DNA of 64,000 bases from Saccostrea cucullata (GCF_032062105.1 NW_026938254.1:248001-312000), one strand, 5' to 3'; counted from the first letter of the stretch, positions 34,501 through 47,155 are shown. Made by a program: numbers and translations. Notes: generated by a model not told the origin, from the sequence alone.

Positions 34501-37500
34501 GAAATGACGGAAAAAATCCGTGGTCAACTCAGTGTATAAATAATGGACTAAACATTGGTATGAAAAACGTCAGTAAGCATTTCATTCAATGATAAATTGT
34601 ATTTGCTGACAAAGTCATTGTATCGACCATAGAATTTACGAAATGATGACTTTAAACGAGACTGTTAATATTCTTGTTTCATCAACTTGCTTGTCAATAA
34701 TTTACCTCGTTTAAGAAATTGTTCATACGTAGAGCATGCTCTTGCGTATCGAATCAAATGAGATATAAATACTCCGTATGCAGGTGATGAAGGTATATTG
34801 CTGCATAAGTAAGGGAAGTTGACGATAGAAAAGTGAAAGTCATCACGTTTATCATATAGCTTGGTTGTTAAATTACCATTAGTCTCTTTTTCAAGTAAAA
34901 TATCCAAGTATGAAGCAGAAGTGTCGGACTCTGTGGTATCTTTTGTCTCAAGCTCATCAGGATATATCGTGTCGACGTAGTGATGGAAATTATCATTATT
35001 AATTAACAATACGTCGTCTATATAATTAAATGTCGAGTTGAAGGCCACAGCAAGTGTTTTCTTCTTTTCACGTAAAAGATTTTGCATAAATTCTGCTTCA
35101 TATGAATATAAAAATAAGTCTGCTAATAACGGAGCGCAATTTGTACCCATGGGAATTCCAATAGATTGTTGGAATACCTGGTCTCCAAAAACCACATAGA
35201 TATTGTCAATCAGAAACTCAAGCATCTTCTTGATGTCAACTTCAGAGTGCTTATATGTGCAATCAGAATCTGTTTTAACAATATAATTTTTCAAATGACC
35301 AATGACGAGGTAGGTAAACTTACGAGTTCCATTTTTGTTGAAGAAGCAGCTGTCAATGATATCAAAAAGCCTGGATTTTAATTTGTCGTGGGGAATTGTT
35401 GTGTATAAAGTAGAAAAGTCGTACGTTTTTATGCTGTTGATTTTTGTAAAGTTTTGTGATTTCAAATTGTCCAAAAGTTCTTTAGAATTTTTAAGTATCC
35501 ACATCTGATTTACACCACTTCTTGAATATATAGTTGTACAGTACTCTTGAAGTTTTTCCTTCACTACTGTCAATATTTTAGTGAGAAGTAACGAAAGAGG
35601 CTTGGTTGAACATTTACTGGAACCTGCAAGATCTGGAGATTATATGTCTCCCATAGATGTTCCTGTGGCTGAATTTGATGAACCTTGTGCTTTAAGTGAA
35701 GAAGCAAGTGCACGCACCGTGCGAAAAACTTACCCAAATGGTTTCAGGACTACGAAGTTGATTTAAGTGCTCAGAGCTATAAGATAAGCTATTGTAAATA
35801 TGTAGATAACCTGTCTTGATAATATTGAAATATGAGTACTTGAAGTTTTTGTATAATTTTCATAGATCATGGTTAATACAAAGATTACTCCCAGGAAGGA
35901 AGGTCATCGATGTCCGATGTGTCATCTGAGAATTCTAGACGAGGTTGAGTGGGAGAGACATGTGGTGGAATGCGGCAGACAGCGGAGACAGAAGAAATTC
36001 GAATGCACCGATTGTGATTATGCTACTAATAAGAAAAGTGACATGGGGAGACATCGCTGCACTCGACATAGTGAAGTAGTTACGGCTGCAACTGATAGCG
36101 GCACAGATGATTGGGAACAGTTGGACCAAGGAAATCTGTCTGATGTGGTCGGGAGCACAGCACAGAGTCGTCCTGCGGAAGCCGTCTGTCAGAGGAAGCC
36201 TACCAGGCCAGCTCAAGTCTCTGCGCCGATATCCAAGTCCATAACCAGCCAGGACCCCTTGACGCCACGTGCTCCATCACCATTCCGACATCCAAAGACA
36301 ACTCCCAGAAAACGGTCCTCTGTTCATTTGGATGCACCTCCCGTACAGTTGCCATCTCTAACTCAGGATGCCAGTACGCAGACCCACATGTATCATCAGT
36401 TAGTTGATGCGAGTACCCTGACGGATAAAGACTGTGAAGAGAAAGGCACCCAAACAGAGAAAGAAAAACGGCGAAGATTAGACAGGGTATAGGAGACATA
36501 CCAAAGAGACGGGAAAACAGTCGTTGAAGTGCATGAGGAGGAAAGCTGGTTTTGAAAACAATATTCTCAGTTGTTATTTTTCTGACATTGATATTGGATG
36601 ACGATTTCATGTCATATTGGATATGTTTGCACATTATGAATCATTGGTTGATTGTTTTCTTATTTTATCAATGACAATGTTTGATGATATTTGGTTAATT
36701 TGTGTGTGCAACATTTGTTACATCTTATGAACAATGAAAGCCAGGTAGCTTTAAAATTTGTTGTTATTTTGTTTTATACCACGCGTTATATCTTTAGCCC
36801 AGGTAGTTAATGATTTAATGCGGGACGCATTCCTGGAGGCGTGGGTAATGAAACAGAACTAGGAATCGAAATGATAAATCCCATTCTGTCCTCCGGAAGC
36901 TTCGTGTGAAATAAATACTTCCTGTTTAGTTTACCCTTTCGATCCTCGGAGATCACGTGATAGTTTAGGGTATATAAGCAGCAATATCAGAGCTCTAAGT
37001 CAGTTCCAGACTGAAGTCGACACCAGTAAGTTGTTTCCAGTGAAGGTGAGAATTGTAAACTTGCTTAACAAGTCTTATGTGCCTGAATAAGGCTTTCAAG
37101 ACTGTTGTATTTATTTTACAAGTTGGTAAATATTTCTTGTTTGCTTAGCTAGGAAGCGCACGTGCTCCAGGACAGAATAGGATATTGTATATATTGTTAA
37201 TTAAAGTCCTTGATTGAGAAGTTTTATAATTATTTGATTTATTCCTTAAAATGCTCAGGCAGAGCAACCGAATCTTGTTTGTAATTAAGCAATTTTTTAA
37301 AACTATTTTTATCCATTCATTACATTTTATTAAAGTAAACTTTTCCTTTTTTATATTTTTAAGGGAGGGACTGTATTGGTTGTGCTAAAACAGGAAGTGG
37401 AAAGACCGCAGCTTTTGCTTTACCTATTCTACAAAAACTTTCAGAGGATCCTTTTGGCATTTTTGCATTGGTGTTAACCCCAACAAGGTTTTTGATATAT

Positions 37501-40500
37501 GCACATCTTTACAAATTTTTAAAATGATTTTAATACAATTTTATAAAATAGTTTGAAAATAAAAGCCATAGAACACTCACCAAAAATGATGACACTCTTG
37601 AGATGGTAGGCTAAAAATCAAGCATTGTTGCAAATGTATATTTGTTTTTACAGAGAGTTGGCCTTCCAGATAGCAGAGCAGTTTAATGTCCTTGGAAAAC
37701 CAATCAATGTTAGAGTAACTGTCATCACAGGAGGACTGGGTAAGGGCTATAATGTACAGACGTACATATATACCATAGTTATGATTATCGTACTTACAGT
37801 AGTTAATGCTCCTATTTACTATACATGTAGTTATGATGATATTGTAGACATGATGCAGCAGGGTATAGATCTGCAGGTAAAGCCCCACATAGTGATCTCC
37901 ACACCAGGGCGACTGGCTGACCACCTACAGAGCTGTGATACGTTCAGCTTACGCAAAATCAAGTTTCTGGTCAGTAGCAACAAGAAAACAAATTAACGTT
38001 TTATATTTGATTCTTTTCATTTGTAATTTGAATTCTTCAGCATGTGTTACTCTTGGTTTTTCTATACAGGTATTGGATGAGGCAGATCGCTTGATTGAAG
38101 ATGACTTTGGGGAACAGCTAGAGACTATATTTAAAGTTCTCCCCAAAAAGAGACAAACACTTCTGTTTAGTGCTACAATGACAAAACACTTGAAAGATTT
38201 ACAAGATGTGGCCATGAACAAACCTTTCTTCTGGCAACAGAAATCAGAGTAAATAATGAATAAGTAAAAACTTATGTTTAACAAATAAAAAAATCTTTTT
38301 ATGGTGAAAATTCTTTCAGTGTAATGACCAATTTTAATTAGTTCATGAATAACAAATATCATATGAAATATCTTTTATTGCTTATTTTTCTGTCATTTTG
38401 AATTTGAAAATGTAGACTTTCTTCACAAATTCACACAGTATAGACATTGGAAATTTTGAAATTTATTAAGTGAGCAAGAATCCTTGACAATGTCCTGCAA
38501 TGGTCATTTTTTTGCATTGTGTCCATTTTAACTTTGACTAGGGTAGCCACTGTTGAGGGTCTGAAGCAATACTATGTCTTGATGCCGGCAGATATAAAAG
38601 ATGCCTACCTTATACACATCCTGGACAAATATACAGAGGCCAATAAGAAAAGTTCTATCATGATCTTTACCAACACATGCAAGTAAGATCCTTAGATATA
38701 TTGCATATGTATGTTTCTGTTAAATAAAACACAGTCTCTTTTTCCAAACATTTACTAATTTAAATTAAAGCAACCTTTCACTCATCTTCGCTAGCCAAGG
38801 GTTTCTGATATGCTACTCTCCTCATGAACCCTTGGCATATGGTTAAGTCAAAAGACAGGATTGTTTTGGTCACGTGATCTCGAATCTATCAGATACACAC
38901 AAATTGTGTCAACAACAGAAATAAAGACGCGTGTTTAAAAAAAATTAAATCAAAGGTTTTTTTCAAGAATATTTAAGAAGAAGTAATTGAGTTATACTTA
39001 TTTATTGTTTACAGCTCAATGCACTTTTTAAGCTCACATGGTTTTTCGCACAATTTAAGGTCACATTCTTTTTGCAATAAAGTGAACATTTTCAACTTTT
39101 AATACGAGATATAGCCCTAATATATATTAAATATCTCATGCTAAAGGTACATATTCTTTAAATTCATTATCTTAAATGTTTTAAATGGGACTTCATTAAT
39201 GAAGAATATGACGTTACATCTGTATGATTTCACCATAGGTATTTACAAATTAAAATAATTCAGCTTTCCTTGATACTTTTTAGCTGAAATTCTCAAACTT
39301 ACATCTTAAAGATGAGTATTTTTTAAAGTACTTCATATGTTTTCCATACTCATCGTGGTTTTGTTGAAATGTAGTGCCGAAAAATGACAATGATATGTAA
39401 AGAAATCATGCAAAAGGACAGGATAAAAAAGTATTTTTCATCTTTTAAAATAGTAAATTGTTACCATTGAAAAGAAATTTCTTTTACATTTACAATCTGA
39501 AACTTAAGAATTTTGCAGTCGGGTGTATCTTTCAGGATGCTAGATTAAGAAAGTAACCCTACAAAATGCGAGCTTTTTAACATGAAAAGCAGTTGAACAA
39601 ATGAGAAATACTATTATCATCTTGCGCTTTAGAGAGTCATGTATTGTACAGAAATACAAAAATTACATGATTTGCACTGTTTTTGAGTCAATGCAAGGCA
39701 AAGTAACTGCTTTAAAAAGAACGGGTACATAAAGGCTACATTTGGCAAGAAACCACGAAAAACTATTTGGAAACTATCACAATCCATCAGCCAAGAGTGT
39801 ATCAAAATCCTACCAATAATTATGTGTGAATTTTGTTGAAAGTTAGTGAAATAAATTTAAAAGTAAGTTAAAAATCATTTTTGAAATTATTTTGTTGCCT
39901 CTTTACACAATTTTGCAAAATACAATGTGACCTTAATTTGTGCGAAAAACCATGTGAGCTTAAAAAGTGCGTTGAGCTGTATAGTACAAATCTGAACTTC
40001 AATATAGATTCTTAATCACATATTTAGAAGATATTGGATGACACCATAGCTATTCATAAAATTGCATGTTATCTTATGGATCGTTGTTTACTTGCATTTT
40101 TCACTCCCGATATTAAACAGTCAAGAAGTATCCCGAAAGCAAAAATCGCCATGTACAAAAAACAATTGCTGATTGGTCGACTGGGTGTACCGAATCCCAA
40201 TCAGAACTCGAGAAAAAAAAAAACAACTTCTATCAGCTCCGTATGCCAAGGGATTATGAGGAGAGTAGCATATCAGAAACCCTTGGCTAGCGAAGATGCC
40301 TTTCACTAGGCCAAAATGAAAGACATTTACCAGTACTTTTCTGTGTAGTCTTAGACATTCATTAGAAATATTTTGCATACAACTTGCCCGATTTTTTTAT
40401 TGTTATTTAAATGTCTTAATTTTTGGACAATGAATCTGAATATAGCTTCTTTTAAATGTGTTACAGTGCATAACTGTGAAAAATTAGAAATAGAAATATT

Positions 40501-43500
40501 TAAGACACACACAGATTCTGGGAATGATCTGTATAATTTATGTGTTATCGATACAGATTCTATGAATGATCTGTATGATTTTTGTGTTATAGATACACAC
40601 AGATTCTGGGTATGATTTATGTGTTATAGATACACACAGATTCTGGGTATGATTTATGTGTTATAGATACACACAGATTCTGGGTATGATTTATGTGTTA
40701 TAGATACACACAGATTCTGGATATGATCTGTATGATTTATGTGTTATAGATACACACAGATTCTGGGTATGATTTATGTGTTATAGATACACACAGATTC
40801 TGGGTATGATTTATGTGTTATAGATACACACAGATTCTGGATATGATCTGTATGATTTATGTGTTATAGATACACACAGATTCTGGATATGATCTGTATG
40901 ATTTATGTGTTATAGATACACACAGATTCTGGGTATGATTTATGTGTTATAGATACACACAGATTCTGGGTATGATTTATGTGTTATAGATACACACAGA
41001 TTCTGGATATGATCTGTATGATTTATGTGTTATAGATACACACAGATTCTGGGTATGATTTATGTGTTATAGATACACACAGATTCTGGATATGATCTGT
41101 ATGATTTATGTGTTATAGATACACACAGATTCTAGGAATGACCTATATGATTTATATGTGTTATAGATACACGCAGATTCTGGGTATGATCTGCACACAG
41201 CTAGGCCTTCCCTGTGTTGTGTTACACTCCATGATCAGACAGAAGGAGAGGTTGGCAGCCCTGGCTAAATTTAAATCGAATCAGATCAATATTCTGATTG
41301 CCACCGATGTGGCCAGCAGGTAAGAACACCACAGCTTTGTTTGCAGATCAACCAATCAATCCAATAAATTTTTTAACGTGGTATTTTTGAATTAGAAAAT
41401 TTTACTTTCTATACATGATAAGCCTTTAAATATGCATGCAAATATTATCAACGTAACCATTTTAATTTTACAAAGAATGAAAGATGTATAAAAACAAGCA
41501 CCAATTACATGTCCATGTATCATCCCACATTTTTCAATTCTCTTGAATCATCTTTCGTAAAAGAAACAAGTATTGATAGAAGATTGATAATTTTGTTAGA
41601 GGGTTAGACATTCCTACCGTGGACCTGATTATTAACCACAATGTTCCTAATAAACCTAAGGACTACGTACATCGTGTGGGACGTACAGCTAGAGCAGGTA
41701 AAATAGGCTGATTCATGGAACATAATTTTGATTAAAAAAATCATTTAGTGTATGAGTAATTTATATTTCTCCAAAATCTCTACAGAATGGTTAAACAGTA
41801 AGATTGTTGTTTGTAAAAGATTTAGATTATAGGCAAAATTTATTCCTAAATACAAATGTCTATTCAATTAATCTCAGATTTTATAATGGGAAAAGAGATC
41901 ATAAATGAAAATAACAGAATAAATAAAAATAAATATATTTTCAGGTCGTCATGGAACTTCGATTACCTTGGTAACCCAGTTTGATGTCCGCCTGGTTCAC
42001 GCCATTGAGGAGTTTGTCAGTATGTCTGTCTGCAATGTATTCAATACTTTTTGCATTTTTACAAAAAATTCTGACTGAATATGAGTACATCTTTGCACTG
42101 ATGTTATTTCCAACAGATTCCAAAATGGATGAGTATGATACCAAGGAAAAAGAAGTAATGAAGATTTTGGTAGAAGTTGCTACTGCAAAAAGAGAGGCAG
42201 AAATTGTAAGTGATTGTAGATAGACAGTCTTTATGTCACCAATTGTATATCATTCATTTTATCATGTACTGTATCATGTATACTTTATCTGAAATCATTC
42301 ATATCGACAAAAACATCATTGTCAATGAACTTTATTGACAACCCTTGTACAATTATTATTTTTATGTAAAGTTTCTTTCACATCTTGATAGAAATTGGAT
42401 GAAAGAGACTTTGGGGTCCAAAAGGAAATAAACAAAAGGAAGAGGCTGCTGATGGAAGGAAAGGTAACCATTCTTTAGTTTTGTAATTAGGTATTTTGTT
42501 TTGCTACTCAAGTAGAACTTCAAACTGGAATGTATCAAAGTTTTACTGTAAAATACATAATAATGAGGCATTATATTTAGAAATGCATAAGTAAATTCAA
42601 AAACCCAAATACTCGATTGGGGACTATTTCCACAGGTTGTAATTTTTGTATTTTTTTGTATTTTTCTTCTCTTCTGACACTTTCACGGATAGGTGAATTT
42701 CCAGTTTATTTGTATGCACCAACCAAATTGCGGAATTGTTTTCTTTCATTTTTCATGCGAATGTAATGATTACAATAGTCTACTTTATAAATGGCGGGTT
42801 TTGTGGTAGTAAGGTGGCGATATGGATATAAGAGATGGTAGGACTAATAACCTGCTCGTAGCATTACTCTGTTTCGTGTTAACTAACGTCATCGTCTCGG
42901 TTGATTGGAAACCATTCCAGGCCCTCTCTGACAACGGGTAACAAGTTTTATGGGGGAAATTTTACAACAAAATGTTTAGTTAGCTGTTTTTGCCATTTTC
43001 ATTAATTGGGAAATTCGAAAACCGAACCCCATGGAATTCCGAAAACTGTAACAATATTGCAAGAAATTCGAATCGTCTCTAAATATTGAAAAACGATGTG
43101 TATATCTCAGGTGCATTAAATGGTGCAACAAGATTTGTTGACAAATTTGTCGTCATCAAATTGCACGTGATTTGTGCTTTTTAGCGTTTTCCCTACGTGA
43201 CGTCATACATTTTACGGTTGAGTAATTCTGAAAATTCATTTTGGTGCATAGTAACTAACATTCTCATCTGACCAATTTTCGGTCATGCGGTCAAAAAAAT
43301 TTCGAATATTATGCTACCCTGCGTTTCTTTTTCCTTTCAGTATACATTATCTAGCAAAAAGGATAACTCTGTATAAAAATGTTTTAATCACAAAACACTG
43401 TAAAATTTTTAATAAAATTATAAAATGTTGTTAGTGTGGGAATTTATGTTGCAGCTCATACTGAAAAAAGTACAGAAACTGCATAAGTGGGTTGTGTATT

Positions 43501-45088
43501 TTTTTTTTTATACCCCCCGCAAACGAAGTTTGGGGGGATATATAGGAATCACCTTGTCCATCTTTCCGTCCGTCTGTCTGTGCAAACGTGTCCGGTCCAT
43601 ATCTTTCTTACGGAGGAACATTAGAATCTACTACTCCACACAAAGATTGCCCATGACCTAAGGGTGTGTCATGACCTTGACCCAAGGTCATTTGGGGAAG
43701 TTCAAGGTCATTGGAAGAACAATTTCATAATTTTTGTCCGGTCCATATCTTTCTTATGGATAAACTTGGTAGGTTCTAATTTCACACAAAGATTACTTAT
43801 GACCTAAAGGTTTGTCATGACCTTGACCCAAGTCATTTGGGGAAGTTCAAGGTCACTGGAAGAAAAATTTCATAATTTGTGTCCGGTCCATATCTTTCTT
43901 ATGGATAAACTTGGTAGGTTCTAATTTGACACAAAGATTGCTCATGACCTAAAGGTGTGTCATGACCTTGACCCAAGGTCATTTGGGGAAGTTCAAGGTC
44001 ACTGGAAGAAAAATTTCATAATTCGTGTCTGGTCCATATCTTTCTTATGGATAAACTTGGTAAGTTCTCATTTCACACAAAGATTGTTCATGACCTAAGG
44101 ATGTGTCATGACCTTGAGTCAAGGTCATTTGGGGAAGTTCAAGGTAACTGGAAGAAAAATTTCATAAATTGTGTCCGGTCCATATCTTTCTTTATTATGG
44201 AAAAACTTGAATCTACTACTTCACACAAACATTGCTTATGACCTGAGGTTGTGTCATGACTTTGAACCAAGGTCATTTATGCAAGTTCAAGGTCACTGAC
44301 AGCAAAAGTTCATAAATTGTGTCCGGTCCGTATATTTAGTCTATTTTTTTTTCATTTATAAAAAATATAATAAGCAATTACATTTGCACTAAAAATGCAT
44401 TTCTCTCTTCTCTTAGATCCATAAAGTATTCATGAGAGTATGCACCTCTGAAAAACCCAGCGGGGGGTATTTTGTCCCGTTTGGACAGTTCTAGTTTTTT
44501 TTGCAATAACTATAACCTTAATTCCCATACTCACAATCAAAGGAAGACATTTAATGTTCATATATGTCTGTTAAAATATGCTAAGTCATTACAATTCATA
44601 CTTTCTTAAGAAAAATCAGGTCACATCAATTCCTGAATTGACTGACTTTTGAAAATAAAACTTTGTTAATTTTTAACCACTAATAATATCTAATATGTAC
44701 CAAAAATATCAACATTGTCTTTAATTTCTGTAAAAGAGCAGCCTCTCCCAAGCAGAAGTGGGATTTAGACACCTTGTATCATATTGTCTAATACTCCTAC
44801 ATAATGTATTAGCATTTGATGTTAGATTTTTACTTTTAATTGATTTCATCACTGATCTTTTGAATCTCGTGCCCCCTGCCAAGAGGGAAAAACTGCCCAG
44901 TCTGCTTAAAGTTAGTTTTTATATGGACACTACCTGTTATTCTTGATTATGTAAACAAAAACATGTACAATGTATATGAAACATTACAGGATCCAGATGA
45001 AGAGGCCAGAAAGAAACAGAAATACATCAAGGAAAAAAATCTAGAAAGAAAGAAGAAAAGGAAAGAAAAACTTGAACAAAAGACTTGA
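28563..45088 (+). CDS. DDX49: DEAD-box RNA helicase DDX49 (Dbp8), 12 exons; start uncertain
   Basis: Exons 28563-28629 (..[15 protein letters not shown]), 37364-37487 ([41 protein letters not shown]), 37654-37739, 37848-37969, 38070-38248 (DEAD, SAT), 38542-38682, 41167-41319, 41600-41697 ([16 protein letters not shown]), 41945-42019, 42117-42205, 42392-42463 (KEINKRK) and 44990-45088. Phases are consistent. AATAAA at 46009. Confidence 0.93.
28647..29119 (+). repeat. 5' LTR (outer 8 bp missing)
   Basis: Matches 36857-37276, ends gttaca just before the PBS, and contains tatataa. Confidence 0.92.
29199..34329 (+). pseudogene. Gypsy gag-pol with disabling lesions
   Basis: ATG at 29199. In-frame stop at 29370, frameshift near 32020, stop at 33244. 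CCHC knuckle [14 protein letters not shown], protease LIDTGAS, RT YLDD, RNase H TDAS and integrase [15 protein letters not shown]. The C-terminal tail resumes at ~35587 after the nested insertion. Confidence 0.92.
34327..35586 (-). mobile_element. 5'-truncated Penelope-like retroelement (RT at C-terminus, probably Naiad clade) nested in the Gypsy integrase tail
   Basis: RT ORF 35573-34665 with [29 protein letters not shown] and SYLDI. The frame continues past a premature TAA to ~34548 with no GIY-YIG after the RT. Its 3' region matches 60690-60960. Confidence 0.85.
35869..36555 (+). CDS. Extra ORF (ORF3) of the Gypsy element: two zinc fingers + Pro/Thr-rich linker; one internal stop at 36490
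   Basis: CPMC..HVVEC and CTDC..HRCTRH. Splice acceptor ttttcatag lies 3 nt before the ATG. The frame stays open after the TAG until TGA at 36553-36555. Confidence 0.7.
36849..37276 (+). repeat. 3' LTR (outer 19 bp missing; 34-bp internal deletion)
   Basis: Starts TG directly after the PPT. About 7 substitutions versus the 5' LTR over 420 bp, counted by eye. Confidence 0.92.
38783..40298. mobile_element. Non-autonomous DNA transposon with ~60-bp TIRs and a 9-bp TSD (AcademH- or Mutator-type)
   Basis: TIR catcttcgctagccaagggtttctgatatgctactctcctcat and its reverse complement. TSD cctttcact at 38774-38782 and 40299-40307. Confidence 0.9.
39012..39979. mobile_element. Nested Tc1/mariner-type MITE
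   Basis: ~55-bp TIRs cagctcaatgcactttttaagctcacatggtttttcgcaca.. / ..tgtgcgaaaaaccatgtgagcttaaaaagtgcgttgagctg, flanked by TA on both sides. Confidence 0.8.
40500..41190 (+). repeat. Minisatellite (37/46-bp units) built from the DDX49 intron 6/exon 7 junction
   Basis: The unit atttatgtgttatag|atacacacagattctgggtatg repeats about 15 times; the last copy is the real exon start. Confidence 0.95.
43505..44496 (-). mobile_element. HINE/Helentron non-autonomous element with ~5 internal ~146-bp tandem repeats
   Basis: Hairpin ccccccgcaaac-gaa-gtttgggggg, (tccg/tctg)n, repeated catgaccttgacccaaggtcatttggggaagttcaaggtca, and a ctagtt end. Confidence 0.8.
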
Positions 45089-46056
45089 TTAAAAGGTTTA
45101 CAGCCTTTGAAAGAAAATCTGTGCAATATTAAAATGTTACAAGTTGTGAACTACATGTAGATATCACAGAAGTGTTAAATGAACTTCCACCAACCCTCAA
45201 TCTCTTAAAGATCATGTCAGAACTTTCAAAACACTTGCAGATACATGTACTTGTAACCCACAAATCACAGGTATATATACCTGCAACATACATGTATGTG
45301 AGAAATTTTAAGCTCTGAAACCTGACTCACAATTTATAAGATCCAGACTTTTTTATGTACTAGTCACAGGAACATGACATAAAAATATTTGTGATAAAAG
45401 TTGGATGAGATTTGTTAAGCAGTGATGTATATAATTATGAAAGTGTAGTGATTATAATTATATAAAGCTACATGTATGGGTGCAATGGCAGAAGATAAAC
45501 TCTTTGTGTAGTGTTTAGCTGTATGTTTATACATGTAATACCATGTACAAGGTATAATGGTATATGTAACAATTTAAGTGAAATGTTACAGCTAAATTTA
45601 TTGATTAGAAGTAAAAAAGTAAGCTTGATGTAAAAGTGAGTGTAAATTATAATGTAAGCATGTGTAATAGAGCAGAAGTATGATGTTAACTTAAATTTGC
45701 AATGAGAGGAACTAGCTACTATTTAAGCTTCTGTCAGTCTAATCTATGGAGTTTAGAAGTCTTAAAAAAATAATTTTAGGTGTTATCTTTATTTTAAATT
45801 TTCAGAGAATTTGATTCGAAAAGGATTGATAAGAATGTTTTTTTTTTTTATTTTCACTGAATGCATACCCAAAACATGTATACTGCTGACTGTAGATTGA
45901 TATAGCAACTCACAAAGTCTTACAACAAATTAAGCAATGTCTGGTTCATTTTGCAGTTTAAACAGACAGTATCCATTACATATTATTCATTTCTTTGAAA
46001 CATTCATTAATAAATGTTATCAATGGAACATGTTTTTTTTATTTCTAAAGAATATA

Positions 46057-46269
46057 TACTGTATACAGGTTTATTTTCACCCCGTGTTAGTTTCGCCCTT
46101 TTGAACTTGTGAACAATTTTGCCCCATTTTAAATTCGCCCAGTCATAGTTCTGCATCCAGCACCCTTAAGAAATTATGAGGTGTAATTTGAATTCGCCCC
46201 GTTTTAAATTTGCACAATCAAGGAGAGGGCGAAAATAAAACTGGGGCGAAAATTTCCCTGTATACAGTA
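46057..46269. mobile_element. MITE
   Basis: TIRs tactgtatacagg / cctgtatacagta with internal ttcgccc motifs. Confidence 0.75.
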
Positions 46270-47071
46270 TTAAGGAGTAGATGAGCCCTATTGATTTTGA
46301 GGTTTCAAGATCAATAGTCAAAGTGTCTCAATATTGGGTCCTCTCTGGAGATGACTATTATTGATCTTTAAGGTCAATCACATAGACACTTTAGACAAAG
46401 GAGGATACTGTCATCTCAGTTTGTCTAGAACCATTTGCTTTACAGACACGATTTGTTCCTTTCTAGAATGAATATTTTGTTACTCCTACTGATATTGAGA
46501 TCTAATCAAGTTGTTCCTTTTTTTTAAAAAGAAAATTCCCACACATGTGGCATTTGTGTTTCTTAGCATTTCTTCTTTGTTACTATTGTGACAGTCAGAC
46601 ACAATCTGGTCATCACATTTTTTACCTTTCATGCCCTGCCATTTGCTGTGGAAGTAACACCTGATGAGGACAGATTTTAAATATCACCAGATTATAGAGC
46701 ACCTGACTGGAGATTCAGGGGGCATCCTGTTTAAATCCTGGTCTAGTTTATTGCAATTTTCTCCCTTCCTGGTACATTATATCAATATCCATTGCAGAGA
46801 TATCATTCTATCAGACAGGACAAATGTATGAGCTAATGGTATTTTACAGCCGTTGAATGTTTGATCAGTCAATAGACCAAAATAATTTTCCTAAGCTGCT
46901 GAGAACAGCTTATTAAAATGTTCTATATTGTCCAAAGTAAACTCGGCCAAATGAAACAGAACTTGCACTTTGATGTATTTATAGCACCATGCATGCAAAG
47001 GAAAAATGTTTTGGATTATTGACAGAACTGATATTAAATAACTTATTACCTTATAAAAGCACATGTACATG

Positions 47072-47155
47072 TGTAACGGGAGAGGAGAAAATGCAGCGGA
47101 CCAGACCGGGTGTTTCAGGGGGCCCTGGTTCGAATCCCGGTCTGGTCCGCTGCAT
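47072..47155. repeat. Short fold-back tRNA-derived repeat
   Basis: atgcagcggaccagaccggg ... cccggtctggtccgctgcat, with the B box ggttcgaatccc. Confidence 0.6.

Larger units (their letters stand above)
28647..37276 (+). mobile_element. Gypsy/Ty3 LTR retrotransposon, near full length but inactivated, in DDX49 intron 1
   Basis: Two near-identical LTRs, PBS tggtggcagcg at 29126, gag(CCHC)-PR-RT-RNaseH-IN domain order and a purine-rich PPT at 36835-36848. Confidence 0.95.

Noticed and set aside
40500-41190. CRISPR-like appearance of the 37/46-bp repeat
   Set aside because: There are no unique spacers and no cas genes; the unit is a eukaryotic intron-exon junction.
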